From Bacteroidales bacterium (lineage in GTDB: Bacteria; Bacteroidota; Bacteroidia; Bacteroidales; TTA-H9), in NCBI GenBank assembly GCA_035411425.1, contig DAONSX010000001.1:133150-197149 (forward strand): a DNA stretch of 64,000 nt, given 5' to 3'. Below, piece after piece: positions 11,401 to 21,298 of the stretch. The translations under genes and the position numbers were made by a program. Within the stretch, counting starts at the first letter, position 1, and each line of letters begins with the position of its first letter. The notes below the pieces were generated by a model. It ran no database searches and was not told the DNA's origin. It saw only the letters and a program-made list of their open reading frames with translations.

Positions 11401-11513
11401 GCGTAAGATTTTTCGAGTTTGTTATTGGCCACAAAATTAGGACTTCGGTTTGAACGAAGAGATGATGCAAAGGAATGCAATTCATGCAATGAAGAATTCA
11501 ATTGTTTTTTCGA

Positions 11514-12122
11514 ATGAAAATGGATGTAAGTCAACAGATTAGTAAATACTTAAAGAAAGCCAGAGTCGGGATTGCTGGCGTAGGTGGCTTAGGTTCTAAT
11601 GCTGCTGTAGCATTGGCCAGAGTAGGGGTGGGTACACTCATAGTAGCCGATTTTGATGTGATAGAAATTGGCAACCTCAACCGCCAATACTACTTTTTTC
11701 ATCAGGTTGGATTGCCAAAGGTAATGGCCTTGAAAGAAAATATCCATCAGATCGATGCTCAAATTCGCGTAGTTTCCCATCATGTGAAGTTAAATCAGCA
11801 GAACTCGATTCTCATTTTTCGTGATTGTGATGTTCTCATAGAAGCCCTCGATAACGCCCAGATGAAACAGATGTTCATTGAAACTGCTCTTAGCGAATGG
11901 CCTTACAGGCCTTTGATCGTTGGTTCGGGACTTGCTGGATGGGGAAAAAATGAAATTATCAAAGTTCAACAATATGATAATCTGGCAATTTGTGGCGACG
12001 AAATGTTCGAAGTAAGTGATAGCTTGCCACCTTTAGCACCACGTGTAGCTGTGGTGGCAAATTTACAAGCTAATGCCGCCCTCGAATTTTTACTGAAAGA
12101 CTTTAAGTTTAAAAATGAATAA
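11514..12122 (+). CDS. thiF: ThiF/MoeB-type E1-like adenylyltransferase (short form)
   Basis: Rossmann motif plus NLNRQ motif: GIAGVGGLGSNAAVALARVGVGTLIVADFDVIEIGNLNRQ. The ORF track begins at TTG 11502, but I prefer the first ATG at 11514. The start remains uncertain. Confidence 0.8.
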   Translation: MKMDVSQQISKYLKKARVGIAGVGGLGSNAAVALARVGVGTLIVADFDVIEIGNLNRQYYFFHQVGLPKVMALKENIHQIDAQIRVVSHHVKLNQQNSILIFRDCDVLIEALDNAQMKQMFIETALSEWPYRPLIVGSGLAGWGKNEIIKVQQYDNLAICGDEMFEVSDSLPPLAPRVAVVANLQANAALEFLLKDFKFKNE

Positions 12123-12133
12123 GATATACAATC

Positions 12134-12337
12134 ATGAAAATAATTCTCAATCATAAGGAAGAAACCATCGATGCCGACACTCTGACTTTAGCCGAACTCA
12201 TTCGGTTGAAAAAATTCACCTTTCGCATTTTGGTCACCAAAGTGAACGGCCGGGTGGTGAAAGCTGAAGATCGCGACAACATTTGGATTAAGGATGGAGA
12301 TAATGTAGAAGTAATTCACCTGATTAGCGGAGGATAA
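12134..12337 (+). CDS. thiS: ThiS/MoaD-type sulfur-carrier protein
   Basis: A 67-aa beta-grasp-size protein ending in the diagnostic GG (VIHLISGG-stop). It starts 11 nt after thiF. Confidence 0.85.
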   Translation: MKIILNHKEETIDADTLTLAELIRLKKFTFRILVTKVNGRVVKAEDRDNIWIKDGDNVEVIHLISGG

Positions 12338-12407
12338 AAACCTACCTCCCTTAAAATCGTTTCTTCAATCATTTCTTCAGGTATTAACTGAAATAGATCG
12401 ACAAAGC

Positions 12408-13073
12408 TTAATCTGAAGCTGGAAATCCTGCAAACTCCATCACGGTAATGTAGTCGAAAATTTTCTGACTTCCCAGGTTTAAGCCAATATGGGTGAAAGA
12501 CCTGTCCAGCAAATTCCTGCGGTGTCCATAATCTGCTACTCCTTCGTCTATAAGAAGCGACATCACGACGATGAAGGGATCATCGTCGCCGGCTTGAATG
12601 TTTTCACCCGCCGACAGTCCTCCTGCCTTGAATATCTCATCAAATCTTTCATCAGCTCCCGAATGCGAAATATAAGATTCATTCTTCAATGAAAGCGTTT
12701 TTTCTTTAGCCAGTTGGTTTAATAAAGGATGAACCAGAAAAGGAGGCAATTCTTCGAGTAATACGAGTTCACGCAATAAACTTCTGAAATACTCCGATTC
12801 CATGTTTACATAAGGATTGTAATGGATATAAAGTGGAATGATCTCCTTTGCAAAGCGTTTCCCATCTATTCGTGCCAGATTGATATACAACACCATTCGT
12901 TTTTCCGTATCGCTCAGTTCGTCGCTATCGATGGCGGTATTGCAGTTCGCTACTTTTTCCTCAGGCCAATATGCCAGAACAGAATCTATTCTTTCATAAA
13001 ACTTTGCAGATTCCATCTGGCTGAAAACTGAAAGCTGGCACGAAAGAAACATTGCCAATAGTTTGAGTTTCAT
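12408..13073 (-). CDS. secreted CAP/SCP-domain protein
   Basis: Signal peptide MKLKLLAMFLSCQLSVFSQ and CAP motif YGHRRNLLDRSFTHIGL. Confidence 0.75.
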   Translation of the reverse strand: MKLKLLAMFLSCQLSVFSQMESAKFYERIDSVLAYWPEEKVANCNTAIDSDELSDTEKRMVLYINLARIDGKRFAKEIIPLYIHYNPYVNMESEYFRSLLRELVLLEELPPFLVHPLLNQLAKEKTLSLKNESYISHSGADERFDEIFKAGGLSAGENIQAGDDDPFIVVMSLLIDEGVADYGHRRNLLDRSFTHIGLNLGSQKIFDYITVMEFAGFPASD

Positions 13074-13243
13074 TTCGATGAATTTTAATGGTCAAAAAAA
13101 TAAATCTGTTACAATACAATCATTACGTTTTTAGAATAGAAATATTGCTTCCCAATGTAAGGATATTTCATTCTTAAAAATCAGGTTATTCTGGGTTTAT
13201 ATCATTCAGTCGAGTGCTGATCAACATGTTTGAAAAGCTGGAT

Positions 13244-13423
13244 TTACTTTATCAAAATTATTTTCCTTACGAACAACTTATCGTCGGTAAGCAATTGATA
13301 AAAATATATTCCCGCAGGCATGCTGTTGGCCTTTCATTCAAGCTGGTGATAGCCTGCAGGCTGATGCCCTTCGATAAATGTTTCTACGATTTGTCCTTTC
13401 AATTGGTTTAGTTTAGATGGAAA
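13244..13423 (-). pseudogene. remnant of a T9SS C-terminal sorting domain (orphan, interrupted)
   Basis: The minus-strand translation is FPSKLNQLKGQIVETFIEGHQPAGYHQLE*KANSMPAGIYFYQLLTDDKLFVRKIILIK-stop. This is the classic Por/T9SS CTD pattern, with an in-frame TGA (13334-13336) where Trp is expected. Two stops lie immediately upstream and no gene body remains. Confidence 0.75.
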
Positions 13424-13720
13424 TTATTATTCGATGAGATGATGGTAAATAATATAAATTCCTGAACTCCAATTTATAATATCTATACAAATGAATAAAT
13501 TTTTTATGCATTCGTCAAGACCTGAAGGTTTTTTTTAGAAATAGTTCAAATTTTGAGAAATAGTTTTAAGCAGTTTTGACTTTTAAACTTTTATGTTTGC
13601 TTAGAAATTCTCATTCCAAGCCATTCTGATAAATTTTCTTTTTATGACAGGGAAAAGGTGTTAAACCAGAAATTTCTGATTTAAAGCAACAATAAGCAAT
13701 TAACCGAATATTATTGGAAA

Positions 13721-14305
13721 TCATTCCCCTGAATTTTTCCTTAAGTGATGTGTAAAGCCATATTCCCCAATTTCGGGACCGACAGTCTGGTACAAATCAT
13801 GATTATAAACAAACCATTTGGCTTTCAAGGGCTGGAATTTTCCTTTTTCATCCACAAGTGACCTATCTGAATGAACCTGAACAATTTCTGCTATGAACAT
13901 ATCATGAGAACCCAGAGTTTTTATTTCTTTCACCTTGCACTCAATATTAATGAGAGCCTCTTTCACTAAAGGAGCTTCAACCTTGACGGCTCGTAAAGCA
14001 CTTAGATTCATTTCCTTGAACTTATCTACTTTTCGTCCTGAATGAATGCCACACCAATCCAGCATTTCCAGCATGGATTCATCGCAAAGGTTGATCACAA
14101 AATCCCCTGTTTCCTTAATTAAATGGTGAGAATATCTTTCGGGTCGCACAGAGATATAACACATTGGTGGTTTAGAGCAAATCGTTCCTGTCCATGCAAT
14201 CGTAATCGCATTTGGATGTTGCAATGTACCACATGAAACCAAAACTGCAGGAAGAGGATAGATCATGTGCGAAGGTGGAAGTAAGATTTTATCAGATTCA
14301 TTCAT
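13721..14305 (-). CDS. flavin reductase-like (FMN-binding split barrel) protein
   Basis: PLPAVLVSCG...PNAITIAWTGTICSKPPMCYISVRPERYSHHLI matches the flavin reductase domain pattern. Confidence 0.8.
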   Translation of the reverse strand: MNESDKILLPPSHMIYPLPAVLVSCGTLQHPNAITIAWTGTICSKPPMCYISVRPERYSHHLIKETGDFVINLCDESMLEMLDWCGIHSGRKVDKFKEMNLSALRAVKVEAPLVKEALINIECKVKEIKTLGSHDMFIAEIVQVHSDRSLVDEKGKFQPLKAKWFVYNHDLYQTVGPEIGEYGFTHHLRKNSGE

Positions 14306-14365
14306 TGCATCGAAGTTTTAGATAGTACAATATAAAATGAATTGGTTTTTCAACCACAAGATATG

Positions 14366-14373
14366 TAATTTTG
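14366..14373 (+). promoter_or_regulatory. -7 promoter box TAATTTTG upstream of guaA
   Basis: Matches TAnnTTTG, 35 nt upstream of the ATG at 14408. Confidence 0.55.
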
Positions 14374-14407
14374 CGCAAATTTCGGGTTTCTCAATTAATT
14401 ATTTTAC

Positions 14408-15937
14408 ATGCACGAAACCATAGTCATTCTGGATTTTGGTTCACAATATACTCAATTGATTGCGAGGCGAATACGTGAATTGAATGTATATTGTGAAATT
14501 TTTCCTTTCCATATAATTCCAAAGCTGAACCCTTCTATAAAAGGCGTAATTCTCAGTGGTAGTCCATATTCGGTGAATCAATCTGGTGCACCCTCACCCG
14601 ATTTATCGGGGATCAGAGGCAAGGTTCCTATTCTGGGAATATGTTATAGTGCTCAATACATCTCAAAAATCTCGGGAGGCTGCGTCGAAGTATGCGATAC
14701 TCGTGAATATGGGAGGGCAAATCTTCATTATATCAACCCGAATAATCCTTTAATGCGTGGCCTAAGCCCAAATACTCAGGTCTGGATGTCGCATGGAGAC
14801 ACAATACTCGAAGTCCCTGACAATTTCGAAATCATTGCATCGACAGCCGATGTAAAGGTAGCTGGTTTTGAAATAAGGAATGAAAAAATTTGGGGCATAC
14901 AGTTTCATCCAGAAGTTATTCATACGGTTGAAGGCAAAACTTTGCTGAAAAATTTTGTAGTTGATATTTGTCATTGCTCCCAAGATTGGACTCCGGCGTC
15001 CTTTGTCGATGAAACCGTACAGTATTTGAAGAACCTTATCGGCAATGATGAAGTCATCATGGGTTTGTCGGGCGGAGTGGATTCCACAGTAGCCGGAATG
15101 CTTTTACATCATGCAATAGGCAATCATCTGCATTGTATTTTTATCGATAATGGATTATTGCGAAAGAATGAGTTTGGTCATGTTTTGGAATCCTATAAGC
15201 GGATGCATCTCAATGTTAAAGGTGTAGATGCTTCGGGAAGATTTTTACGAGCTCTTGAAGGAATCTCCGATCCTGAGGCAAAACGCAAAATCATTGGAAG
15301 GACTTTTATAGACACTTTCGACGAAGAAGCCGCTAAGTTAGAAGGAATAAAATGGTTAGGACAAGGAACGATTTATCCCGATGTAATCGAGTCGGTTTCG
15401 GTGAATGGTCCTTCGGCCACCATTAAGTCGCATCATAACGTTGGAGGCCTTCCCGATATGATGAATCTGAAAATAGTCGAACCTCTGCGAAACCTTTTTA
15501 AAGATGAAGTTCGTTTGGTAGGCAGAGAGCTTGGCATTGATAAAGAATTTCTGAGTCGCCATCCTTTCCCCGGGCCTGGACTGGGTATTAGAGTTATAGG
15601 TGAAATTACCCGTGAGAGGCTTGAGATTTTACGTGAAGCCGATGCCATTTTCGTCGATGCGCTTAAACAAGCTGGGCTCTACGACAAAGTTTGGCAGGCT
15701 TTTGTGGTATTACTCCCCGTAAAAGCCGTTGGCGTAATGGGAGATGAGCGAACATACGAAAATGTGCTGGCTATTCGTTCAGTACAGTCAACCGACGGTA
15801 TGACCGCCGACTGGACGCATCTTCCCTACGATTTTCTGGCTCAGGTCTCGAGCTCTCTAATCAATCACGTAAATGGGATCAATCGCGTGGTCTACGATAT
15901 TAGTTCGAAACCCCCTGCTACCATCGAGTGGGAATAA
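14408..15937 (+). CDS. guaA: glutamine-hydrolysing GMP synthase
   Basis: GATase-1 domain ([17 protein letters not shown]), ATP-PPase motif [11 protein letters not shown] and C-terminal KPPATIEWE. Confidence 0.97.
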   Translation: MHETIVILDFGSQYTQLIARRIRELNVYCEIFPFHIIPKLNPSIKGVILSGSPYSVNQSGAPSPDLSGIRGKVPILGICYSAQYISKISGGCVEVCDTREYGRANLHYINPNNPLMRGLSPNTQVWMSHGDTILEVPDNFEIIASTADVKVAGFEIRNEKIWGIQFHPEVIHTVEGKTLLKNFVVDICHCSQDWTPASFVDETVQYLKNLIGNDEVIMGLSGGVDSTVAGMLLHHAIGNHLHCIFIDNGLLRKNEFGHVLESYKRMHLNVKGVDASGRFLRALEGISDPEAKRKIIGRTFIDTFDEEAAKLEGIKWLGQGTIYPDVIESVSVNGPSATIKSHHNVGGLPDMMNLKIVEPLRNLFKDEVRLVGRELGIDKEFLSRHPFPGPGLGIRVIGEITRERLEILREADAIFVDALKQAGLYDKVWQAFVVLLPVKAVGVMGDERTYENVLAIRSVQSTDGMTADWTHLPYDFLAQVSSSLINHVNGINRVVYDISSKPPATIEWE

Positions 15938-15948
15938 TTATCGAAATC

Positions 15949-18117
15949 ATGAAGCAAAGATTTTTCATTATCGCTTTTCTTCTGGGATTCTTTTTCATTA
16001 CTTCAAAGGCTCAGGAACCTGCTGAGGTTGTGGTATCTCAACAGAAAATCACTGAAAATGGCATGACTTTCTGGCTGCATACCGTCGAAGCCGGTCAAAC
16101 ACTTTACCGGATTTCACTTGCTTATAAGGTGCCAATTAGTGATATTCTTCAATATAACCCCGAAGCAGCCAAAGTATTGAAAACAGGGCAACAATTGAAG
16201 ATTCCTGCGACGCCTTCAGAAATTAGCCCTTACACGAATATTGATTTTATATATCATGTAACCAAAGCAGGCGAAACCTTGCAAAGTATATCGAACATTT
16301 ATAGCGTTCCCATCGAAACCATCCAAAAATTGAACCCCGGTATTGGTAAAGACAAACTTCCTGCGGATCAGGTAATCAAAATTCCCCTCGATTATTCAGC
16401 ATTGCTGAAAAATCAGCCAATTCCCGATACGTCAAGGAGAACCTCTAAAGGAGGTTTTCTTACCTATACAGTAAAAGAAAAAGAAACATTATATGCCATC
16501 AGCCGGAAATTTGGAGTAACTATTGCTGATATCATCGAATGGAATCCTCAGGTGAAGGAAGGACTCAAGGCAGGTGAGGAGATATTGATTGGGAAGCCAG
16601 GCATAAAGCCTCAGGAAAGAGGATTCATTGAGTATAAGATACAGAAACACGAAAGTCTTTATGGAATCGCCCGTAAAAACCGCATCAGTATAGATTCGTT
16701 GAAAATGTTTAACCAGGGCCTTACCGAAAATATCAAAGAAGGACAAATTATCCTCATTCCTAAACGAAGAGCAGCTTCTTATATTACTCATGTGGCCGAA
16801 CCGAAGGAAAATTTACAAAAAATTGCCGACAAATATGAAGTAGGAGAGGAGGAGCTTAAAAAAGCCAATCCTCACATCGATAAAAAAATTGAAGAAAATG
16901 CTCCTATCAAAATTCCTATCCAGTCCGAAAACAAGAAAGAACATGAAATGGCTCAGCTTCCTGCCGAAACCGAAAATATTGCATCAACATCATTGTGCAA
17001 TCCCGATTATAAATTCAAACACGAGGAATTTAAAATTGCCATCATTGTCCCTTTCATGCTGAATACTCCCTTGAATGTTCGTAGCCAGAGCTCAGCTTAT
17101 GGTAAAAAGCCAGGTGAATCACCCTTGTTCAAGTATCTGCCATTTTACGAAGGTGCTCTTCTGGCTCTTGATTCACTCAAGAAGATAGGTTTTAATGCAA
17201 AAGTGTATGTGTACGATCTGGGAAACGATATGAGTGGAACCCATAGGTTATTGCAAAAACCCGAGATGAAATCCATGGATTTGATAATTAGCCTGGCTTT
17301 CAGCAAGAATTTCGAGCTAATTGCCGACTTTGCAAAACGCCATAAAATTCCTACTATCAATGCTATATCTAAAAGAGATGAAATATTGTCGAACAACGAA
17401 TACATCATTAAGCCTTATCCATCCGAAGATTTTCAGGCCGAAGCAGTTGCCCAATTCTTAAGCTCGAGGCCTGGTAAACAAAACATCATCATTCTGCGCA
17501 ACAATAAAAATTTATACACGAATACCATCGATAAACTCCTCACAATGCTCGATCAGCATCTCCAAGAAGGCCATTTTACCAAGGGAAGTCGAATACACTT
17601 TCTCAACGATAGTGTAACAAAAGTTAAATCAGCTATCAAGCCGGGTTATTCCAATTATTTGATCGTACTTTCAGAAAATGAAGCATTCAATATCAATCTT
17701 TTACGGAATCTGCGTACTTTGAACGATACCCTGAGATTTTCCCTCATCGGTATGCCTTCGTGGGCCAATATGAAAAATGCTGAGATTTCTTCACTCATTC
17801 AGAATAATGTGCATTTTCTTTCTCCTTTTATGGTAGATTACTACGATGAAAAGGTTCAAGATTTTTTATATAAATACCGTGACCGTTACTTGGCCGAACC
17901 CAACGAACTCGCCTTTACTGGATTCGACATCACATGGTTTTTTTGCAATGCCTTGATGAATTATGGAAAAGATTTCCGCGAATGCCTACCTTATTTGCGT
18001 ATATCCAACATTCAATCCAGTTATCGCTATAAATGGTTAAAACCAAATGGTTTGGTGAATACTTTCTGGAACATTTACCAATATATTGGCTACCGGCCTG
18101 TCATTGTCAACCTATAA
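15949..18117 (+). CDS. LysM-repeat protein fused to a type-1 periplasmic-binding-protein-like domain
   Basis: Signal peptide MKQRFFIIAFLLGFFFITSKAQ. Five LysM repeats, for example TLYRISLAYKVPISDILQYNP, TLQSISNIYSVPIETIQKLNP and TLYAISRKFGVTIADIIEWNP. I prefer the ATG at 15949 over the GTG at 15928, which overlaps guaA. Confidence 0.8.
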   Translation: MKQRFFIIAFLLGFFFITSKAQEPAEVVVSQQKITENGMTFWLHTVEAGQTLYRISLAYKVPISDILQYNPEAAKVLKTGQQLKIPATPSEISPYTNIDFIYHVTKAGETLQSISNIYSVPIETIQKLNPGIGKDKLPADQVIKIPLDYSALLKNQPIPDTSRRTSKGGFLTYTVKEKETLYAISRKFGVTIADIIEWNPQVKEGLKAGEEILIGKPGIKPQERGFIEYKIQKHESLYGIARKNRISIDSLKMFNQGLTENIKEGQIILIPKRRAASYITHVAEPKENLQKIADKYEVGEEELKKANPHIDKKIEENAPIKIPIQSENKKEHEMAQLPAETENIASTSLCNPDYKFKHEEFKIAIIVPFMLNTPLNVRSQSSAYGKKPGESPLFKYLPFYEGALLALDSLKKIGFNAKVYVYDLGNDMSGTHRLLQKPEMKSMDLIISLAFSKNFELIADFAKRHKIPTINAISKRDEILSNNEYIIKPYPSEDFQAEAVAQFLSSRPGKQNIIILRNNKNLYTNTIDKLLTMLDQHLQEGHFTKGSRIHFLNDSVTKVKSAIKPGYSNYLIVLSENEAFNINLLRNLRTLNDTLRFSLIGMPSWANMKNAEISSLIQNNVHFLSPFMVDYYDEKVQDFLYKYRDRYLAEPNELAFTGFDITWFFCNALMNYGKDFRECLPYLRISNIQSSYRYKWLKPNGLVNTFWNIYQYIGYRPVIVNL

Positions 18118-18154
18118 ATTTATTTTTTAGTCTATTTATTGAAAAGGCTATTTA

Positions 18155-18162
18155 TACCTTTG
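18155..18162 (+). promoter_or_regulatory. -7 promoter box TACCTTTG upstream of gcvT
   Basis: Matches TAnnTTTG, 58 nt upstream of the ATG at 18220. Confidence 0.5.
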
Positions 18163-18219
18163 CATAACGTTTTCTTTTTTTTGTAAAATTCTATAAAACA
18201 TATTAAAATATTTAAAAAC

Positions 18220-19329
18220 ATGAAAAATACTCCTTTTACAAAATTTCACATTGCCTTAGGAGCAAAGATGGTGCCTTTTGCTGGTTATAATATGCCCATT
18301 CAATATGAAGGAGTTATATCCGAACATCTTACCGTAAGGAAAAGCGTAGGTGTTTTCGATGTATCTCACATGGGTGAGATATGGGTGAAAGGCCCTAAAG
18401 CTTTCGATCTGCTTCAGTATATTACTTCCAATGATGTTTCAAAACTTTACGATGGCAAGATACAATATTCGTGCATGCCCAACGGAAGAGGTGGGATAGT
18501 GGATGATATTCTGGTTTACAGAATTACTGCAGAATCTTATCTTCTTGTGGTTAATGCAGCCAATATGGAGAAGGATTGGAATTGGATTACCCAGCATGCT
18601 TCAGATAGGGGTATGAAAATTGGAACTGATGTTTACAATGCTTCCGAAGAAACCGGGCAGCTTGCCATACAAGGCCCACTGGCCATGAAATCCATGCAAA
18701 AACTCACCTCCGAATCCATTCTCGACATGGAATATTATTCATGGAAAAATCTTGAATTTGCCGGAGTGAAAAATATTTTGTTTTCTACAACAGGATATAC
18801 TGGAAGTGGCGGATGTGAAATTTATATGCCCAACGAAGCAGCCGATACGATTTGGAATGCCGTTTTCGAAGCAGGTAAGGAATTTGGGATAAAACCTATC
18901 GGCTTGGGAGCTCGCGACACTTTGAGACTCGAAATGGGATTTTGCCTATATGGCAATGATATCGACGATACCACTTCCCCTCTGGAAGCTGGTCTGGGAT
19001 GGATTACAAAATTTACCGATACAAAGAACTTCATCGATAAAGAATATCTCCTTCAGCAAAAGAAGGAAGGCGTGAAACGCAAATTAGTTGGTTTTGTATT
19101 GAAAGAAAAAGGAATTCCCCGTCAACATTACTCCATTTGTAACGCTGCCGGAAACAAAATCGGAGAAGTTACTTCTGGAACCATGTCGCCTTCGCTCAAT
19201 ATCCCAATCGGAATGGGCTATGTGCCTGCCGAATTATCCCAACCGGGAAGTGAGATTTTTATCGAAATCAGAGGAAAACTTATTAAGGCAGAAGTAGTAA
19301 AACTACCCTTTTATAAGGGAGAACAATAA
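18220..19329 (+). CDS. gcvT: glycine cleavage system aminomethyltransferase (T protein)
   Basis: [23 protein letters not shown] and a C-terminal barrel domain, at the typical length of 369 aa. Confidence 0.93.
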   Translation: MKNTPFTKFHIALGAKMVPFAGYNMPIQYEGVISEHLTVRKSVGVFDVSHMGEIWVKGPKAFDLLQYITSNDVSKLYDGKIQYSCMPNGRGGIVDDILVYRITAESYLLVVNAANMEKDWNWITQHASDRGMKIGTDVYNASEETGQLAIQGPLAMKSMQKLTSESILDMEYYSWKNLEFAGVKNILFSTTGYTGSGGCEIYMPNEAADTIWNAVFEAGKEFGIKPIGLGARDTLRLEMGFCLYGNDIDDTTSPLEAGLGWITKFTDTKNFIDKEYLLQQKKEGVKRKLVGFVLKEKGIPRQHYSICNAAGNKIGEVTSGTMSPSLNIPIGMGYVPAELSQPGSEIFIEIRGKLIKAEVVKLPFYKGEQ

Positions 19330-19342
19330 ACCAGAATTTTAA

Positions 19343-19368
19343 AGAGCAAAATAGCGTTTTTTTGCTCT
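19343..19368 (+). terminator. hairpin after gcvT (possible terminator)
   Basis: AGAGCAAAA-N8-TTTTGCTCT forms a 9-bp stem. There is no clean T-tract afterwards. Confidence 0.35.
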
Positions 19369-19392
19369 CATGTTTTCATTCATTATGTCACA

Positions 19393-20550
19393 ATGGCTAA
19401 TTTCGATTCGATTATTCCACGAGAAGGTACCTCATGCGTGAAATATGATTTACGCAATCAAGTTTTTGGTACCGAGGAGGTAGTACCAATGTGGGTAGCC
19501 GATATGGATTTTGCTACCCCCGAATTTATTTTGCAAGCCTTGCATCGGCGTTTGAATCATCCGTTATTGGGTTATTCTTTTCGAGCGCAAGAATTCAATG
19601 AAAGCCTTGCTAATTGGTTATTCCGCCGTCATGCCCTATCTATCGATCCCCAAATTGTGAGCTTTAGTCCAGGAGTAGTCACAGGCCTTATGGTTCTAAC
19701 TCTGGCTTTTACCAATCCAGGTGATAAAATCATAGTTCAACCTCCTGTCTATCCGCCATTTTTCGAAGTTCCCAGAGCTCACGAACGAATTGTCATAAAC
19801 AATCCATTGAAATTCGATGGGGAAAGATATTCGATGGATTTCGATGACTTGCGCGAAAAAGCCCCAGGCGTCAGAATGCTTATCCTGTCGAATCCACATA
19901 ATCCTGTTGGACGTGCATGGGAGAGACGAGAATTAGAACAGCTTTCCGAGATTTGTATACAAAACGATATCATGATTGTTTCGGACGAGATTCATTCCGA
20001 TATTATATTTCCGGGCTATCGCCATACTCCCTTACTCTCGCTGGACAAGGAGATTGGCATGCGTTCTGCTAGCTGCTTTGCACCCAGCAAGACTTTCAAT
20101 ATAGCCGGACTCTCCACCAGTGCCATTTTGATCCCTGATCCTCAAAAACGCAAAATTTACAACGACACCCTCGAACGCTTCCATTTGCAAATGGGAAACC
20201 TTTTAGGGAATATTGCATTCGAAGCTGCATACAACCAAGGCGAAGACTGGCTCGAAGAATTACTCGATTATCTTCATCAATCGGTGAGGATAGCAACACA
20301 TTACTTCGAAGAACATCTTTCACCCATTCACCTCGTACAACCCGAAGCTACCTATTTGCTGTGGCTCGATTTTCGGGGTCTTCATATTCCTGACGATGAA
20401 CTTCATGCACACCTGATTCATAAGGCTCATCTAGGATTAAACCGGGGAGAAGAATTCGGAATCGAAGGGAAAGGATTTATGCGCATGAATATTGCCTGTC
20501 CACATGCAATTCTTGAAAAGGCTCTCGAAAGTTTAAAAAACATCTTATAA
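19393..20550 (+). CDS. MalY/PatB-type PLP-dependent C-S lyase (class I/II aminotransferase fold)
   Basis: N-terminus VKYDLR...VPMWVADMDF and PLP-lysine motif SKTFNIAGL. Confidence 0.85.
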   Translation: MANFDSIIPREGTSCVKYDLRNQVFGTEEVVPMWVADMDFATPEFILQALHRRLNHPLLGYSFRAQEFNESLANWLFRRHALSIDPQIVSFSPGVVTGLMVLTLAFTNPGDKIIVQPPVYPPFFEVPRAHERIVINNPLKFDGERYSMDFDDLREKAPGVRMLILSNPHNPVGRAWERRELEQLSEICIQNDIMIVSDEIHSDIIFPGYRHTPLLSLDKEIGMRSASCFAPSKTFNIAGLSTSAILIPDPQKRKIYNDTLERFHLQMGNLLGNIAFEAAYNQGEDWLEELLDYLHQSVRIATHYFEEHLSPIHLVQPEATYLLWLDFRGLHIPDDELHAHLIHKAHLGLNRGEEFGIEGKGFMRMNIACPHAILEKALESLKNIL

Positions 20551-20557
20551 TAACAGA

Positions 20558-21238
20558 ATGAACTCATTTCAGGCAGCTATTTTCGACCTCGATGGCCTGT
20601 TGATCGATTCGGAACCCTTATGGGAAGAAGCCGAAATAAACGTATTTGCACGTCTTGGGGTAAAAATTACTTCACAAATGTGCCAGAAGGTGAAAGGATT
20701 TCGTGTGGATGAAACAATTAGATTTTTTTGCCAGTGTACATCTTTTGATGCCCTCGACCCTGACTTGATCGAACAACAAATTATTTCCGAGGTAAAACGA
20801 TCGATTTATGAAAAAGCCAGGGGTTTACCGGGTTGCGTATATATATTGCATTTCTTCCAGTCGCGTGATATTCCTCTTGCTCTTGCTTCGGCTTCACCCT
20901 ACGATATTATCGATCTGGCTCTAAGAAAATTGAGCATTCATCAGCACTTTAAAATCATTTATAGTGCCACGGAAGAAAAATATGGCAAACCTCATCCTGG
21001 AATATTTTTTACCACTGCTGAGCAATTGCAGGTTGAACCACAAAATTGTATCGTATTCGAAGATGCGCTCAATGGCATCATTGCAGCCAAAGCTGCCAGA
21101 ATGAAGGCAGTGGCCGTTCCTGCTGACCAAACCTCGATGGATTTGCGATTTGTGTTGGCCGATCTAATCCTCCCGTCCTTACTCCAATTCAAAGAAGATC
21201 ATCTCGAATATTTGATAAACCCACATCATGGAGGATGA
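20558..21238 (+). CDS. HAD-superfamily sugar phosphatase (HxpB/YniC-like)
   Basis: DxD motif AAIFDLDGLLIDSE, YGKPHPGIF and VFEDALNGIIAAKAA. Confidence 0.8.
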   Translation: MNSFQAAIFDLDGLLIDSEPLWEEAEINVFARLGVKITSQMCQKVKGFRVDETIRFFCQCTSFDALDPDLIEQQIISEVKRSIYEKARGLPGCVYILHFFQSRDIPLALASASPYDIIDLALRKLSIHQHFKIIYSATEEKYGKPHPGIFFTTAEQLQVEPQNCIVFEDALNGIIAAKAARMKAVAVPADQTSMDLRFVLADLILPSLLQFKEDHLEYLINPHHGG

Positions 21239-21298
21239 GTTTAATAAATCTTTAAGTTTTCTTTTAGAAAACATTTATTAACTGTATTTTAACTTGTT

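Noticed and set aside
11401-11513. Possible TPP riboswitch upstream of thiF/thiS.
   Set aside because: No CTGAGA or ACCTGATCTGGATAATGCCAGCG-like elements are present, and the spacer is short and mostly taken up by the divergent thioredoxin promoter.
13036-13055. Sigma-54-like TGGCAC...TTGC sequence.
   Set aside because: The spacing is 10 nt instead of 5, and it lies inside the signal-peptide coding region of the CAP-domain gene. I saw no properly spaced -24/-12 element anywhere near the NtrC-type regulator.
13334-13336. In-frame TGA at the expected Trp position of the T9SS sorting-domain remnant, which could suggest TGA-to-Trp recoding.
   Set aside because: Clearly intact genes in the window end in TGA, for example miaA at 342-344 and the sulfatase-family gene at 2338-2340. 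The remnant also has TAA stops just upstream and no gene body. Ordinary pseudogene decay explains it.
13214-13411. 65-aa plus-strand ORF in the 13.1-13.7 kb gap.
   Set aside because: It is the antisense shadow of the T9SS sorting-domain remnant, which gives a far more convincing translation on the minus strand.
13667-13678. Perfect 12-bp palindrome CAGAAATTTCTG downstream of the flavin reductase gene.
   Set aside because: It is an AT-rich palindrome with no loop and no T-tract, in a decayed non-coding region. It is likely chance, and I can attach no functional context to it.
15928-15948. GTG start of the LysM protein overlapping guaA, and likewise the TTG at 45686 for tkt.
   Set aside because: The downstream ATGs (15949 and 45722) give a proper signal peptide and the conserved transketolase N-terminus respectively. 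The TTG at 45686 lies inside the promoter box itself.
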